Assembly (NCBI GenBank): GCA_903829815.1
Contig: CAIKRR010000014.1
Location: forward strand, 209,024 to 273,023
Direction: 5' to 3'
Length of the DNA stretch: 64,000 bases
Source: an uncultured Pseudomonadota bacterium
Lineage (GTDB): Bacteria > Pseudomonadota > Gammaproteobacteria > Burkholderiales > SG8-39
Below the pieces are notes generated by a model. It searched no databases. It was not told the origin of the DNA and saw only the letters and a list, made by a program, of their open reading frames with translations. How positions within the stretch are numbered: position 1 is the first letter of the stretch; every line of letters starts with the position of its first letter. Both the position numbers and the translations under genes were made by a program. Of the stretch, positions 10,937-19,700 are shown one piece after another.

Positions 10937-11811
10937 TCCGCATCGCACTGGCCCTTCTGTGGCTCGCTCATTGGCTGCCGCTGCCCGTCCTGGCGCCGCT
11001 CGGACGCGGACTGGGGCTCCTGGGCTACCTGCTGGTCGTACCACGACGGCGGGTCTGCCTCACCAACCTGAGGCTGTGCTTTCCAGACGTGTCGGAGCGC
11101 GAACGCCGTGCGCTCGCGCGCGCCCACTTCCAGTGGTTTGGTCGCTTCGTGCTCGAACACGGCATCCAGTGGCATGCATCCCCTGAACGCGTGCGCAGCC
11201 TCGTCCAGCTCGAAGACGAGCATCATGTGCGATCGCTGCAGGCTTCGGGCCAGCGGTTCTTCTTTCTTGCGCCGCACTTTCTCGGGCTGGACCTGGGCGC
11301 GGTACGTCTGATGATGGATTTCGAGGCCTGCGGCATGTACACCCGGCAGAAGAACCGGGTGCTCGATGCTGCGGTACTGGCCGGAAGGATGCGCTTTGCC
11401 ATCGGCAGGACGCGCCTGTTCTCGCGGCAGGACGGTTTCCGGTCGATCATCCGCGCAGTCCGCCAGGGACTGGTCTTCTTCTACATGCCCGACATGGATC
11501 TGGGCGCCCGCGACTCGCTCTTCGTGCCTTTTTTCGGGGTACCCACCGCTACCATCACCGGGCCATCACGCCTGGCCCAGCTCGCCGACGCCGTGGCGGT
11601 GCCAGTGGTCACGCGCATCCTGCCCGGCGGGGCGGGTTACCGGGTGAAGTTCTTCGAGCCCTGGCAGAACTTTCCGAGTGGCGACCTCGAAGCAGATGCC
11701 CGACGCATCAATGCCTTCATCGAAGAACGCGTGCGCGAATTGCCTGAACAGTACTACTGGCTGCACAAGCGATTCAAGACGAGGCCGCCCGGCGAAGCCC
11801 GGTTCTACTGA
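10933..11811 (+). CDS. Lipid A biosynthesis acyltransferase, LpxL/LpxM family, paralog 2
   Basis: Contains [16 protein letters not shown], an H-x4-D motif (APHFLGLDLG) and C-terminal PEQYYWLHKRFK. ATGA overlap with paralog 1. Confidence 0.8.
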   Translation: MIRIALALLWLAHWLPLPVLAPLGRGLGLLGYLLVVPRRRVCLTNLRLCFPDVSERERRALARAHFQWFGRFVLEHGIQWHASPERVRSLVQLEDEHHVRSLQASGQRFFFLAPHFLGLDLGAVRLMMDFEACGMYTRQKNRVLDAAVLAGRMRFAIGRTRLFSRQDGFRSIIRAVRQGLVFFYMPDMDLGARDSLFVPFFGVPTATITGPSRLAQLADAVAVPVVTRILPGGAGYRVKFFEPWQNFPSGDLEADARRINAFIEERVRELPEQYYWLHKRFKTRPPGEARFY

Positions 11812-11859
11812 GGCTTGCAGCAGGATCCCGGCCAGGATCCGGGCCGGGCCCCACGCCGT

Positions 11860-12894
11860 TCAGACCCGCACGAACCGGGTAATCCCATCGCCATCGAGCA
11901 CACGCACGACACGCCCGCCGTGCACGAGATGGTTCAGATGGGCCAGCGTCTCGCCGATCGCAAACCAGATCTGATGCCCATCAAGCGGGCGCCGAAACAG
12001 CGTGCTCATGAGTTCTGCCGCGGTGTGCGCCGTGCCGCAGGCCTGGGTCAGTTCATCGAGCCGCGCAGTGTGATGCGCCTGCAAGGCATCGATCCGCACA
12101 TGCAAGCCGCGGAACGGCAGGCCGTGCGAGGGCAGCACCAGCGTCTCGGGGTCGAGCACCCGATAGCGTTCGAGCGAACGCAAGAAGTCTCCCAGCGGGT
12201 CACTGTCGGGCTGGCTGGCGTGCACCGACACATTGGTCGAAATGCGCGGCAGCACCATGTCCCCGGCAATCAGCACGCGATCGGCCTGACGGTGCAGCAT
12301 CATGTGCTCGGGCGAGTGGCCATCGCCGCGAATCGGGCACCACAGGTCGCTACCCAGCGCAATCGGTTCGCCCTCGATGATGCGCCGGTAGTGCGTCGGC
12401 ACATCGGGCACCATTCGCCGATAGCTGCTGCCGGGGGCCTCCAGAAGCGCATCACTGCGCGAGTCATCGAGACCGTGCCCGCGGAAGAACTCGCGCAAGG
12501 CCACATCGGTATAGCCAGCCACCTGGGCGCAGGTGGCATGGGCCAGCAGATACTCGGCTTGGGCCACATGCATCATGACGCCAGCACGTTCACACAGCCA
12601 GGCGGCATTGCCGATGTGATCGGGATGAAAATGCGTGACGATGACCCGCGACACTTCGCGGCCTCGCAGCGGGCCGTCAAACAGGGCTTGCCACAACTGG
12701 CGCGTACCCTCATCAGCGATGCCGCAATCGACAATCGCCACGCGATCGCCCTCGTCGATCAACCACAGGTTGATGTGATCGAGTGAAAACGGCAAGGGCA
12801 TGCGCAACCATCGAACACCGGGTGCGACATCGAGAAGCACACCCGGTGGGGGCGGGGAATCGATCAGGTAGCGGATACCGGCAGGGGCATTCAT
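11860..12894 (-). CDS. MBL-fold metallo-hydrolase
   Basis: HxHxDH motif (THFHPDHIGNAAW) in a 344-aa product starting MNAPAGIRY. The 568-aa ORF-track version adds a Cys/Arg-rich extension that runs antisense into the thiolase gene. Confidence 0.8.
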   Translation of the reverse strand: MNAPAGIRYLIDSPPPPGVLLDVAPGVRWLRMPLPFSLDHINLWLIDEGDRVAIVDCGIADEGTRQLWQALFDGPLRGREVSRVIVTHFHPDHIGNAAWLCERAGVMMHVAQAEYLLAHATCAQVAGYTDVALREFFRGHGLDDSRSDALLEAPGSSYRRMVPDVPTHYRRIIEGEPIALGSDLWCPIRGDGHSPEHMMLHRQADRVLIAGDMVLPRISTNVSVHASQPDSDPLGDFLRSLERYRVLDPETLVLPSHGLPFRGLHVRIDALQAHHTARLDELTQACGTAHTAAELMSTLFRRPLDGHQIWFAIGETLAHLNHLVHGGRVVRVLDGDGITRFVRV

Positions 12895-13134
12895 CAGCAG
12901 GGCTCGGGGAGGGTCGGTTACCCGAGTCGGGACCGACCCGGATTCTCTCACACCACCCGGCAGGCACCCCGGGCGACGCTTTGCATGTCGCCGTCCCGCC
13001 TCACCCGGCCCTCTACCCTGCCCCCGGTCGACGACTCGTCGCCGCCCCCTTGCCAACGAAGGCGGAGTGGGCGACCCTAGGCACCCCTGCCCCCCGGCAT
13101 TCCTGACAGGGCGCACCCAGCAAGGAGCACACCG

Positions 13135-14319
13135 ATGAATGATGACCCTGTCGTCATTGCAGCTGCCGCACGCACGCCGATCGGCGGCTTCCAGGGCGAA
13201 CTCAAGGACCTCGCAGCGCCTGAACTGGGAGCGGTAGCCATCCGCACAGCGCTGTCGCGCTCGGGGCTCGAACCCAGCCAGATCGACGAAGTCATCATGG
13301 GCTGCGTGCTGGCCGCAGGCCTGGGCCAGGCACCGGCCCGACAGGCGAGCCTCGCAGCAGGCCTGCCGCTGGCGGCCGGTTGCACCACAGTGAACAAGAT
13401 GTGTGGTTCGGGCCTCAAGGCAGCCATGCTCGGGCACGACGCACTGCTGGCCGGCAGCGCCAGGGTCGTTGTTGCCGGCGGCATGGAATCGATGTCGCGC
13501 GCACCCTACCTCCTGCCGAAGGCGCGCAGCGGCTACCGCCTCGGGCACCAGAGCGTGCAGGACCACATGTTCCTCGACGGGCTTGAAGATGCCTATGATC
13601 GCGGCCGCCTGATGGGCTCATTTGCCGAAGAGTGTGCAGGCCAATTCGGCTTCTCGCGCCAAACCCAGGACGACTTTGCGCGCGCCTCGCTCGAGCGCGC
13701 GCTGGAAGCGACACGACAGGGCGCCTTCGGCTGGGAGATCGCTCCTGTTGCCTTGGGCAACAAGGCCGGCGCAGCAAGCCTGACCGATGACGAGCAGCCA
13801 GCTCGGGCACGTCCGGATCGCATCGGCACCTTGAAGCCCGCCTTTCGACCCGACGGCACCGTGACGGCGGCCAATTCGAGTTCGATCTCCGACGGTGCCG
13901 CGGCACTGGTGATGACACGAGCATCCACCGCACGAAGCCTCGGACTTGCGCCCATCGCCCGAGTGCTCGGGCATTCAACCCACGCCCAGGCACCGGCTCT
14001 CTTCACGACGGCGCCGGTCGGTGCCATCGAGCGCCTGCTCGCCCGCGTGGGCTGGCAGATTGCCGATGTCGACCTCTATGAGATCAACGAGGCTTTTGCC
14101 GTGGTAACGCTTGCGGCGATGCAGGCGTTGAAGATCTCCCATGATCGGGTCAACGTGCATGGCGGGGCCTGCGCCCTGGGTCATCCGATCGGTGCATCGG
14201 GCGCTCGCATCCTCGTCACCCTCATCGGTGCGCTGCGCAGACGCGACGCGCGACGTGGCGTTGCCGCGCTGTGCATCGGTGGTGGCGAGGCCACCGCGAT
14301 GGCCATCGAACTTTGCTGA
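13135..14319 (+). CDS. Acetyl-CoA C-acetyltransferase (thiolase II)
   Basis: Contains the active-site Cys motif VNKMCGSGLKA, NVHGGACALGHPIGASG and CIGGGEATA. Confidence 0.92.
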   Translation: MNDDPVVIAAAARTPIGGFQGELKDLAAPELGAVAIRTALSRSGLEPSQIDEVIMGCVLAAGLGQAPARQASLAAGLPLAAGCTTVNKMCGSGLKAAMLGHDALLAGSARVVVAGGMESMSRAPYLLPKARSGYRLGHQSVQDHMFLDGLEDAYDRGRLMGSFAEECAGQFGFSRQTQDDFARASLERALEATRQGAFGWEIAPVALGNKAGAASLTDDEQPARARPDRIGTLKPAFRPDGTVTAANSSSISDGAAALVMTRASTARSLGLAPIARVLGHSTHAQAPALFTTAPVGAIERLLARVGWQIADVDLYEINEAFAVVTLAAMQALKISHDRVNVHGGACALGHPIGASGARILVTLIGALRRRDARRGVAALCIGGGEATAMAIELC

Positions 14320-14355
14320 AGCCCTGCGCCCCTCCACCTTTCGAGAACGACCACC

Positions 14356-15021
14356 ATGCCCCACGCCCTCATCATCGGTGCCTCACGCGGCATCGGCCTT
14401 GAACTGGCTCGACAGTACCTGGCCGATGGCTGGGAGGTCAGCGCAACGGCACGCACTGCCGCGGCCCTGACCGCGCTGGATGCAATGGGGGCGACACCAT
14501 GCGCACTCGATGTGACCGACGCTGCCTCAGTCGAGGCCTTTGGCCGCTTCGTGAGCGCCGCCCGCTACGACGTGGCCATGCATGTGGCAGGCGTCATGGA
14601 GCGAGGCGATGCCAGCACGGCACCCAGCGTGACGGCATTCGATGCGGTCATGCATGCCAATGTGCTGGGCGCGATGCGGATCATCCCCATCGTTGCACCC
14701 CGTGTGGCAGCGGCCCGCGGATGCTTTGGCTTCATCTCCAGTCTGCTGGGCTCGGTAGCCAACGCCGATTCAAGCGTGACCTGGCTCTATCGGGTATCGA
14801 AAAGCGCCCTCAACATGGCGGTGCGCGCAGCCCGTCAGGATTACCCCGGTGCAACCCTGGTGCTGCTCTCGCCGGGGTGGGTCCGGACCGACATGGGCGG
14901 CGCCAGTGCCCCGGTGAGTGTCGCCGACAGCGTCACCGGACTGCGCCGGGTCGTCGCGAGCCTGAGCCCGGAGGACACCGGCACGTTCCGCAATTACGAG
15001 GGCCGCACCCTGCCCTGGTAG
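14356..15021 (+). CDS. Short-chain dehydrogenase/reductase (SDR) family oxidoreductase
   Basis: Cofactor motif IIGASRGIG and catalytic YRVSK (YxxxK). Confidence 0.8.
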   Translation: MPHALIIGASRGIGLELARQYLADGWEVSATARTAAALTALDAMGATPCALDVTDAASVEAFGRFVSAARYDVAMHVAGVMERGDASTAPSVTAFDAVMHANVLGAMRIIPIVAPRVAAARGCFGFISSLLGSVANADSSVTWLYRVSKSALNMAVRAARQDYPGATLVLLSPGWVRTDMGGASAPVSVADSVTGLRRVVASLSPEDTGTFRNYEGRTLPW

Positions 15022-15095
15022 GCGCGGCCATGACCGATGACAGGCAGTATCTGACGCGGCGCGGCCAAGGATCGGTAAGATGAATCATGCTGAGT

Positions 15096-15127
15096 GCCCT
15101 GTCGACGGCCCTGTCGACGACCCTGCG
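15096..15127. repeat. 12-bp tandem repeat x2.6 upstream of a Bug gene
   Basis: gccctgtcgacg / gccctgtcgacg / accctgcg. Each full unit carries a GTCGAC palindrome. The repeat ends 15 nt before the ATG at 15142. Confidence 0.8.
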
Positions 15128-15141
15128 CCAAGAGATCTGAA

Positions 15142-16164
15142 ATGAAAAGACCCTGTATGCACGTCCGGGCAACGCTGGCGGCAAAGCTTGCAGCAACGCT
15201 GATCGCACCACTGGCGGCAACAGCGGCCTGCATCACCCTTTGGGCCGGCTGCGTCCAGGCGCAGGACTATCCGCACAAGCCCGTACGACTGGTGGTGCCG
15301 TACGCGGCAGGCGGCTTGCCCGACACCATCGCACGCACGCTGGCGCAACGTCTTGCCGATGACCTCGGACAGCAGTTCGTGATCGACAACAGGGCTGGCG
15401 GCGGCGGTCTGCCGGCGTGCGAATTCGTGGCGCGGTCGGCTGCCGATGGCTACACGCTGCTCGTAGGCGATGTGAGCCAGATGTCGATCAACCCCTTCAT
15501 CTACAAGGTCCTGCCCTACGATCCTGTTCGCGACTTCTCTCCGATCAGCCTGCTCGGGCTGTCGCCGCTATTCCTCGTGCTGCATCCCTCGGTGCCGGCC
15601 AACACCTTCCAGGAACTGGTTGCCTACGCCCGTGCCCACCCGGGCGAGTTGAACTACGGTTCGTCAGGCTCAGGCAGCATCCATCAGCTGGCGGTCGAAG
15701 CATTGAAGCACGCGTTGGGCCTTGACCTCGTGCACATCCCGTTCAAGGGCACCGGACAGTCGGTGCCGGCGCTCCTGGGTGGGCAGGTCTCGATGCTCTA
15801 CTCGGCGCTGCCGGCGATCGCACCCCATGTGAAGACCGGCAAGGTGAAACTGATTGCGGCCAGCACGCCTGCACGCTCGCCCCAGGCACCCGATGTCCCG
15901 ACGATCGCGGAGCTGGGCATTCCCGACTACGACTATCCGGCCGAAATCGGCCTGCTGGCTCCGATCGGCACGCCGCCCGCGATCATCGCGCGACTCAATG
16001 CGGCCGTGGTGCGCGCGCTCAAGCACCCGGAGGCGCGCGCGCGCTTCGCCGCGCTGGGCATCGACCCGGTCGGCGGCAGCCCCGAGGCGTATGGCGAGCG
16101 CATCCGTACCGGCATGGACAAGTATGCTCGTATCGTGCGCATCGCCGGCGTGCGGGCAGACTGA
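15142..16164 (+). CDS. Bug/TctC-family substrate-binding protein
   Basis: Signal peptide, then QDYPHKPVRLVVPYAAGGLPD. ATG at 15142; an ATG at 15157 is the alternative. Confidence 0.85.
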   Translation: MKRPCMHVRATLAAKLAATLIAPLAATAACITLWAGCVQAQDYPHKPVRLVVPYAAGGLPDTIARTLAQRLADDLGQQFVIDNRAGGGGLPACEFVARSAADGYTLLVGDVSQMSINPFIYKVLPYDPVRDFSPISLLGLSPLFLVLHPSVPANTFQELVAYARAHPGELNYGSSGSGSIHQLAVEALKHALGLDLVHIPFKGTGQSVPALLGGQVSMLYSALPAIAPHVKTGKVKLIAASTPARSPQAPDVPTIAELGIPDYDYPAEIGLLAPIGTPPAIIARLNAAVVRALKHPEARARFAALGIDPVGGSPEAYGERIRTGMDKYARIVRIAGVRAD

Positions 16165-16165
16165 C

Positions 16166-16612
16166 ATGGCAACCTTGGCGCCAGGCTGGAAAGCCGTAGC
16201 AATGGGTGTGCTGGCCGACTTCGGCGGCACACTGGTGAGCGGTACCGCACTGTCCATTGCGGCAGCACTTCTGGCCGGGGAGCCCGCGACGCCGGGTGGC
16301 GAACTGGCCGCCGCCCAGGCCGTGCTCGAATCCGACCTCTGGGCCGTCAGCACGATGATTGCGGGCTCCGCCTGTACGGTACTCGGGGGCTATGTGGCAG
16401 CGCGCGTCGCAGGCCGCGCCGAATACGCCTTTGGCGTAACCACCGGTCTGGCCGTACTGATCATTGGCGAAGTCCTGTCGGCCGGCACCGACGCGAGCCC
16501 GCCCCTTGCGATGCGCCTCGTCGGTTGGGTGATCACTCTGCCGCTGGCAATGCTTGGGGCGCACCTTCGCATGCTGCAAAAAGAACGGACCACCGGGAAA
16601 CGTCGCCCATGA
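16166..16612 (+). CDS. Hypothetical small integral membrane protein
   Basis: 148 aa with 3-4 hydrophobic helices and a GC3-rich codon pattern. Its ATG lies 1 nt after the Bug stop, and its own stop forms an ATGA overlap with the next gene. I recognised no family. Confidence 0.55.
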   Translation: MATLAPGWKAVAMGVLADFGGTLVSGTALSIAAALLAGEPATPGGELAAAQAVLESDLWAVSTMIAGSACTVLGGYVAARVAGRAEYAFGVTTGLAVLIIGEVLSAGTDASPPLAMRLVGWVITLPLAMLGAHLRMLQKERTTGKRRP

Positions 16613-17217
16613 GTGAACCGATCGAATTCTTCTTCGACTTCTCCTCGCCCTACGGCTACATCGCCGGGGAGTGCATTGACGAAATCGCTGCGCGATACGA
16701 TCGAACCGTCCGCTGGCAGCCAATTCTGCTGGGCGTGATCTTCAAGACCTCGGGTGCAGCCCCGTTGCCATCGCTCCCCCTGAAGGGCGCATACGCACTG
16801 CGCGACTTCGTGCGCAGTGCCCGGTTTCACGGCGTGAGTTACCAGCACCCGGTGCGCTTCCCTGTCTCGGGCATCGCACCGACGCGGGCTTTTCATGCAG
16901 TGGCAAGCGCTGACGCCGCCACGGCAACGACGCTGGCCCGAACGCTGATGCGCGCCTACTTCGTGCAAGGCATCGATATCTCGGACCCCGAAGCCACGAT
17001 CGCAGTGGCCGCTGGCGCCGGGTTGGGCCTCGAGGCAGACACGCTGCGCCAGGCGATGGCCAGTCAGGCGATCAAGGACCGTGTTCGCGCAGCCACCGAT
17101 GCGGCCATCGGCCGCGGCATCTTTGGCTCACCGTTTACCCTGGTCGATGGCGAGCCCTTCTGGGGCGCCGACAGGCTCGATCAGATCGAGCGCTGGCTCG
17201 CTACCGGCGGCTGGTAG
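16609..17217 (+). CDS. 2-hydroxychromene-2-carboxylate isomerase family (DsbA-like) protein
   Basis: Contains MSEPIEFFFDFSSPYGY and C-terminal FWGADRLDQIERWL, characteristic of the HCCA isomerase/DsbA-like family. Confidence 0.8.
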   Translation: MSEPIEFFFDFSSPYGYIAGECIDEIAARYDRTVRWQPILLGVIFKTSGAAPLPSLPLKGAYALRDFVRSARFHGVSYQHPVRFPVSGIAPTRAFHAVASADAATATTLARTLMRAYFVQGIDISDPEATIAVAAGAGLGLEADTLRQAMASQAIKDRVRAATDAAIGRGIFGSPFTLVDGEPFWGADRLDQIERWLATGGW

Positions 17218-17280
17218 AGCGAGAGCGCACCTCAGGCCGATGCACCGCCCTGGCTGTTCGAATGCGACGAGCAGGCAACG

Positions 17281-17856
17281 CTAAAAGAGGTGCACGGCCA
17301 GGGGCGCGAAGGCCCCGACAGCACAGAACAGGATGCCGGTAGCCCCCAGCCCCATGGCAAGCCAGGTGAGGAATGCCATGCCGGTGATGATCCTCGCCGA
17401 GGCAAGAACCACGGCAATCTGCAGCGCAGCCGAGGCCAGCTCGAAATGGTGATAAGCGGCCAACGCACGTTCGCGCCGCTCTTCGGTCAACTTGGCACGA
17501 GCCACGAGCTCCTTGCGGCCTTCGCCATTGGATGGCTCCGATTCGTAGCGCTCGACGGTCGCAGCCCACTTGTCGCGCTGCCTGGCGATGGCCTCCTTCG
17601 TCTCGGGGCTTGCGCTGCTCGCCTCCAGAGCAAGCACCTCGGAGGCGGTGCGCAGCGTGGTCTGCCGGATCGTCTTTGCCTGGTAGAACTGCCACAGGTT
17701 GGAGGCCTCGACATTGGCAGTCAGGGCAAGCGTCTGCGAACTCTTGCCGCAGGTTTCGGCAAGGGCCAGCACCAGCGCGAGTATTGAAATGAGCAGAGCC
17801 GTGCGCCGATTGCCATTATCGACGTGCAATGCCTCGTGAGCCATTTCGTGTTCCAT
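17281..17856 (-). CDS. DUF4337-like membrane protein
   Basis: Matches the DUF4337 layout as I remember it: an N-terminal TM (ALLISILALVLALAE), NLWQFYQAKTIRQT, and a C-terminal TM pair. Confidence 0.65.
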   Translation of the reverse strand: MEHEMAHEALHVDNGNRRTALLISILALVLALAETCGKSSQTLALTANVEASNLWQFYQAKTIRQTTLRTASEVLALEASSASPETKEAIARQRDKWAATVERYESEPSNGEGRKELVARAKLTEERRERALAAYHHFELASAALQIAVVLASARIITGMAFLTWLAMGLGATGILFCAVGAFAPLAVHLF

Positions 17857-17939
17857 GACAGCACCTCTTCATCCTGATACACCATTGAACAAGCGCGAGG
17901 GGTTTGGCTCCCTGAGCGCAATCGCAACCCTGCCCGCCC

Positions 17940-18752
17940 TTACCTGCCCGCGCGCCGGGCGAGCCAGGCCTGCTCGCGGCCATCGGCCTCGACACGCTTG
18001 CCGATCAGACGCTCGCCATCGACGCGCACCTGCCACCCCGGCTCGCCGATCCCACCGGCCGGGATGTCCAGCAACTCGCCCCTCAACCGTCCCTCGGCGA
18101 GGCGCGTCTTGCCAGCACTGCGAATGCGCACGGTCACCTTCTGGAAACGCTGGGAAACATCCAGGAGTGTGCCATCGGCCGCCTGCCAGCGCCCGGCAAC
18201 CTCGGCCGGCACGACCCACAGAAACAGATCGCTTTCCTTGCGCAAGCCGACGCTCTTGCCGGGCGCCTGCAGATGCACCTGCCGATCGGGTTCCCAGTCG
18301 CCGAGGTTGTAATCATGCGAGACGATGCGGGTACCCGGGCGCAGCATGCCCAGCAGACGAGGCCGCAGGGCAAGATTGACATCGGGCAGCAGGTAAAGGG
18401 TCACGACGCTGGCCTGTGCAAGGACGGTCTCGAAGATGTCCTGCACGCGAAATTCGGCACGGTCGGCAACACCGGCCGCGCGGGCCGCTTCATTGGCCCG
18501 GTCGACCAGACGCGCATCGATCTCGACACCAAAGCCCCGAGCACCCCGATCACGGGCCGCGGCGATCACGATGCGTCCGTCGCCTGCACCCAGATCGATG
18601 AGAAAATCGCCGGCGCCGACACCGGCCAGATCCAGAATGCCTTCGACGACCGGTGTCGGGGTAGTGACGAAGGGCACATCCTCGAGCGCCCGGGCACTAC
18701 TCACACCACCCAGCACGAGAAGTGCCGCAAGGCCTGCCAGGAGATTTTTCAT
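17940..18752 (-). CDS. Class I SAM-dependent methyltransferase with N-terminal Sec signal peptide
   Basis: Signal peptide MKNLLAGLAALLVLGGVSSARA|LE, then methyltransferase motif I (FLIDLGAGDGRIV) and an acidic motif II (GFGVEID). Confidence 0.75.
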   Translation of the reverse strand: MKNLLAGLAALLVLGGVSSARALEDVPFVTTPTPVVEGILDLAGVGAGDFLIDLGAGDGRIVIAAARDRGARGFGVEIDARLVDRANEAARAAGVADRAEFRVQDIFETVLAQASVVTLYLLPDVNLALRPRLLGMLRPGTRIVSHDYNLGDWEPDRQVHLQAPGKSVGLRKESDLFLWVVPAEVAGRWQAADGTLLDVSQRFQKVTVRIRSAGKTRLAEGRLRGELLDIPAGGIGEPGWQVRVDGERLIGKRVEADGREQAWLARRAGR

Positions 18753-19612
18753 GCCGTGCTGCGGGTAGCACGATCGGCACGAGCCAACGCCCGGTGCGCC
18801 GCGCGCACGATCGGCCCCTCGAGCATGCAGCCTTCGTACTCGACCACATCACCACCGGCACGCTCGAGCGCCGCCACCATGGCCTGCGCCTGGCGAACTT
18901 CATCGACCGACGGGGCAAACGTCGACTGGATCGGCTCGACCTGTCGAGGATGGATGGCCAGCTTTCCGGTGAATCCGATGTCCTGAACACGCACGCAATG
19001 ATCGCGCAGCCCCTGGGCATCATCGAGCACGAGATGCGGCACATCGAAAAGCCCGATGCCAGCAGCGGCGGCAGCCTGCACGATCTGCGCACGACCCAGG
19101 AAGAGCGCGTCCCAGGACATGCTCGAGCGCAGGTCGGCTGCCAGATCGGCACCACCAAAGGCCAGTGCGCGTACCCGGGCATCAGCCAGGCTGATGGCAG
19201 CCGCCTGCGACAGACCGCGCGCCGATTCGATGGTGCAGACCAGCGGAATGGTTGACTGCACGCCCTGGAGCAGCCGGCAGTAGAGTGACACCTCGGTGGC
19301 TGATTCGACCTTGGGCAACACGATGAAGTCGGGCACGATGCGCGTATCGACCAGGGCCGTCAGGTCGCGCAAGCCGGCTGCAGTGTGGATATTGTTCACT
19401 CGCAAGCCGGCCACCTGCCCAGCACCAAGCCCACTGTGGAAATCACCGGCAAAGTGATCGATCACGGCCTGCCGCGCAGCGTCCTTGCCGCTTGTGGCCA
19501 CGGCGTCCTCGAGGTCGAGGATCAGGGCATCCGCACCAGTAGCCGCCCCCTTGGCAAAACGCTCGGGGCGGTTGCCGGGGGTAAACAACGCAGCTCGTGC
19601 CCATTCGATCAT
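18749..19612 (-). CDS. HpcH/HpaI aldolase / citrate lyase beta (CitE)-like CoA-ester lyase
   Basis: Contains ALFTPGNRPERFAK...ALILDLEDAV, typical of CitE-like proteins. I chose the ATG at 19612; the longer ORF-track form adds a Cys/Arg-rich leader. Confidence 0.8.
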   Translation of the reverse strand: MIEWARAALFTPGNRPERFAKGAATGADALILDLEDAVATSGKDAARQAVIDHFAGDFHSGLGAGQVAGLRVNNIHTAAGLRDLTALVDTRIVPDFIVLPKVESATEVSLYCRLLQGVQSTIPLVCTIESARGLSQAAAISLADARVRALAFGGADLAADLRSSMSWDALFLGRAQIVQAAAAAGIGLFDVPHLVLDDAQGLRDHCVRVQDIGFTGKLAIHPRQVEPIQSTFAPSVDEVRQAQAMVAALERAGGDVVEYEGCMLEGPIVRAAHRALARADRATRSTA

Positions 19613-19700
19613 CGGTTGACTCGGTCGTCTGCACAGTTTCAAGAGGGCGCCCGGGCGGCATCGGACCCACCGGGCAGGGCCGCAGGCGCGCGGTGCCGGA

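Noticed and set aside
11860-13566. 568-aa version of the MBL-fold hydrolase ORF
   Set aside because: The 224-codon N-terminal extension is Cys/Arg/Gly-rich, crosses the 240-bp intergenic region and runs antisense into the thiolase gene. The homologous MBL sequence begins at the ATG at 12894.
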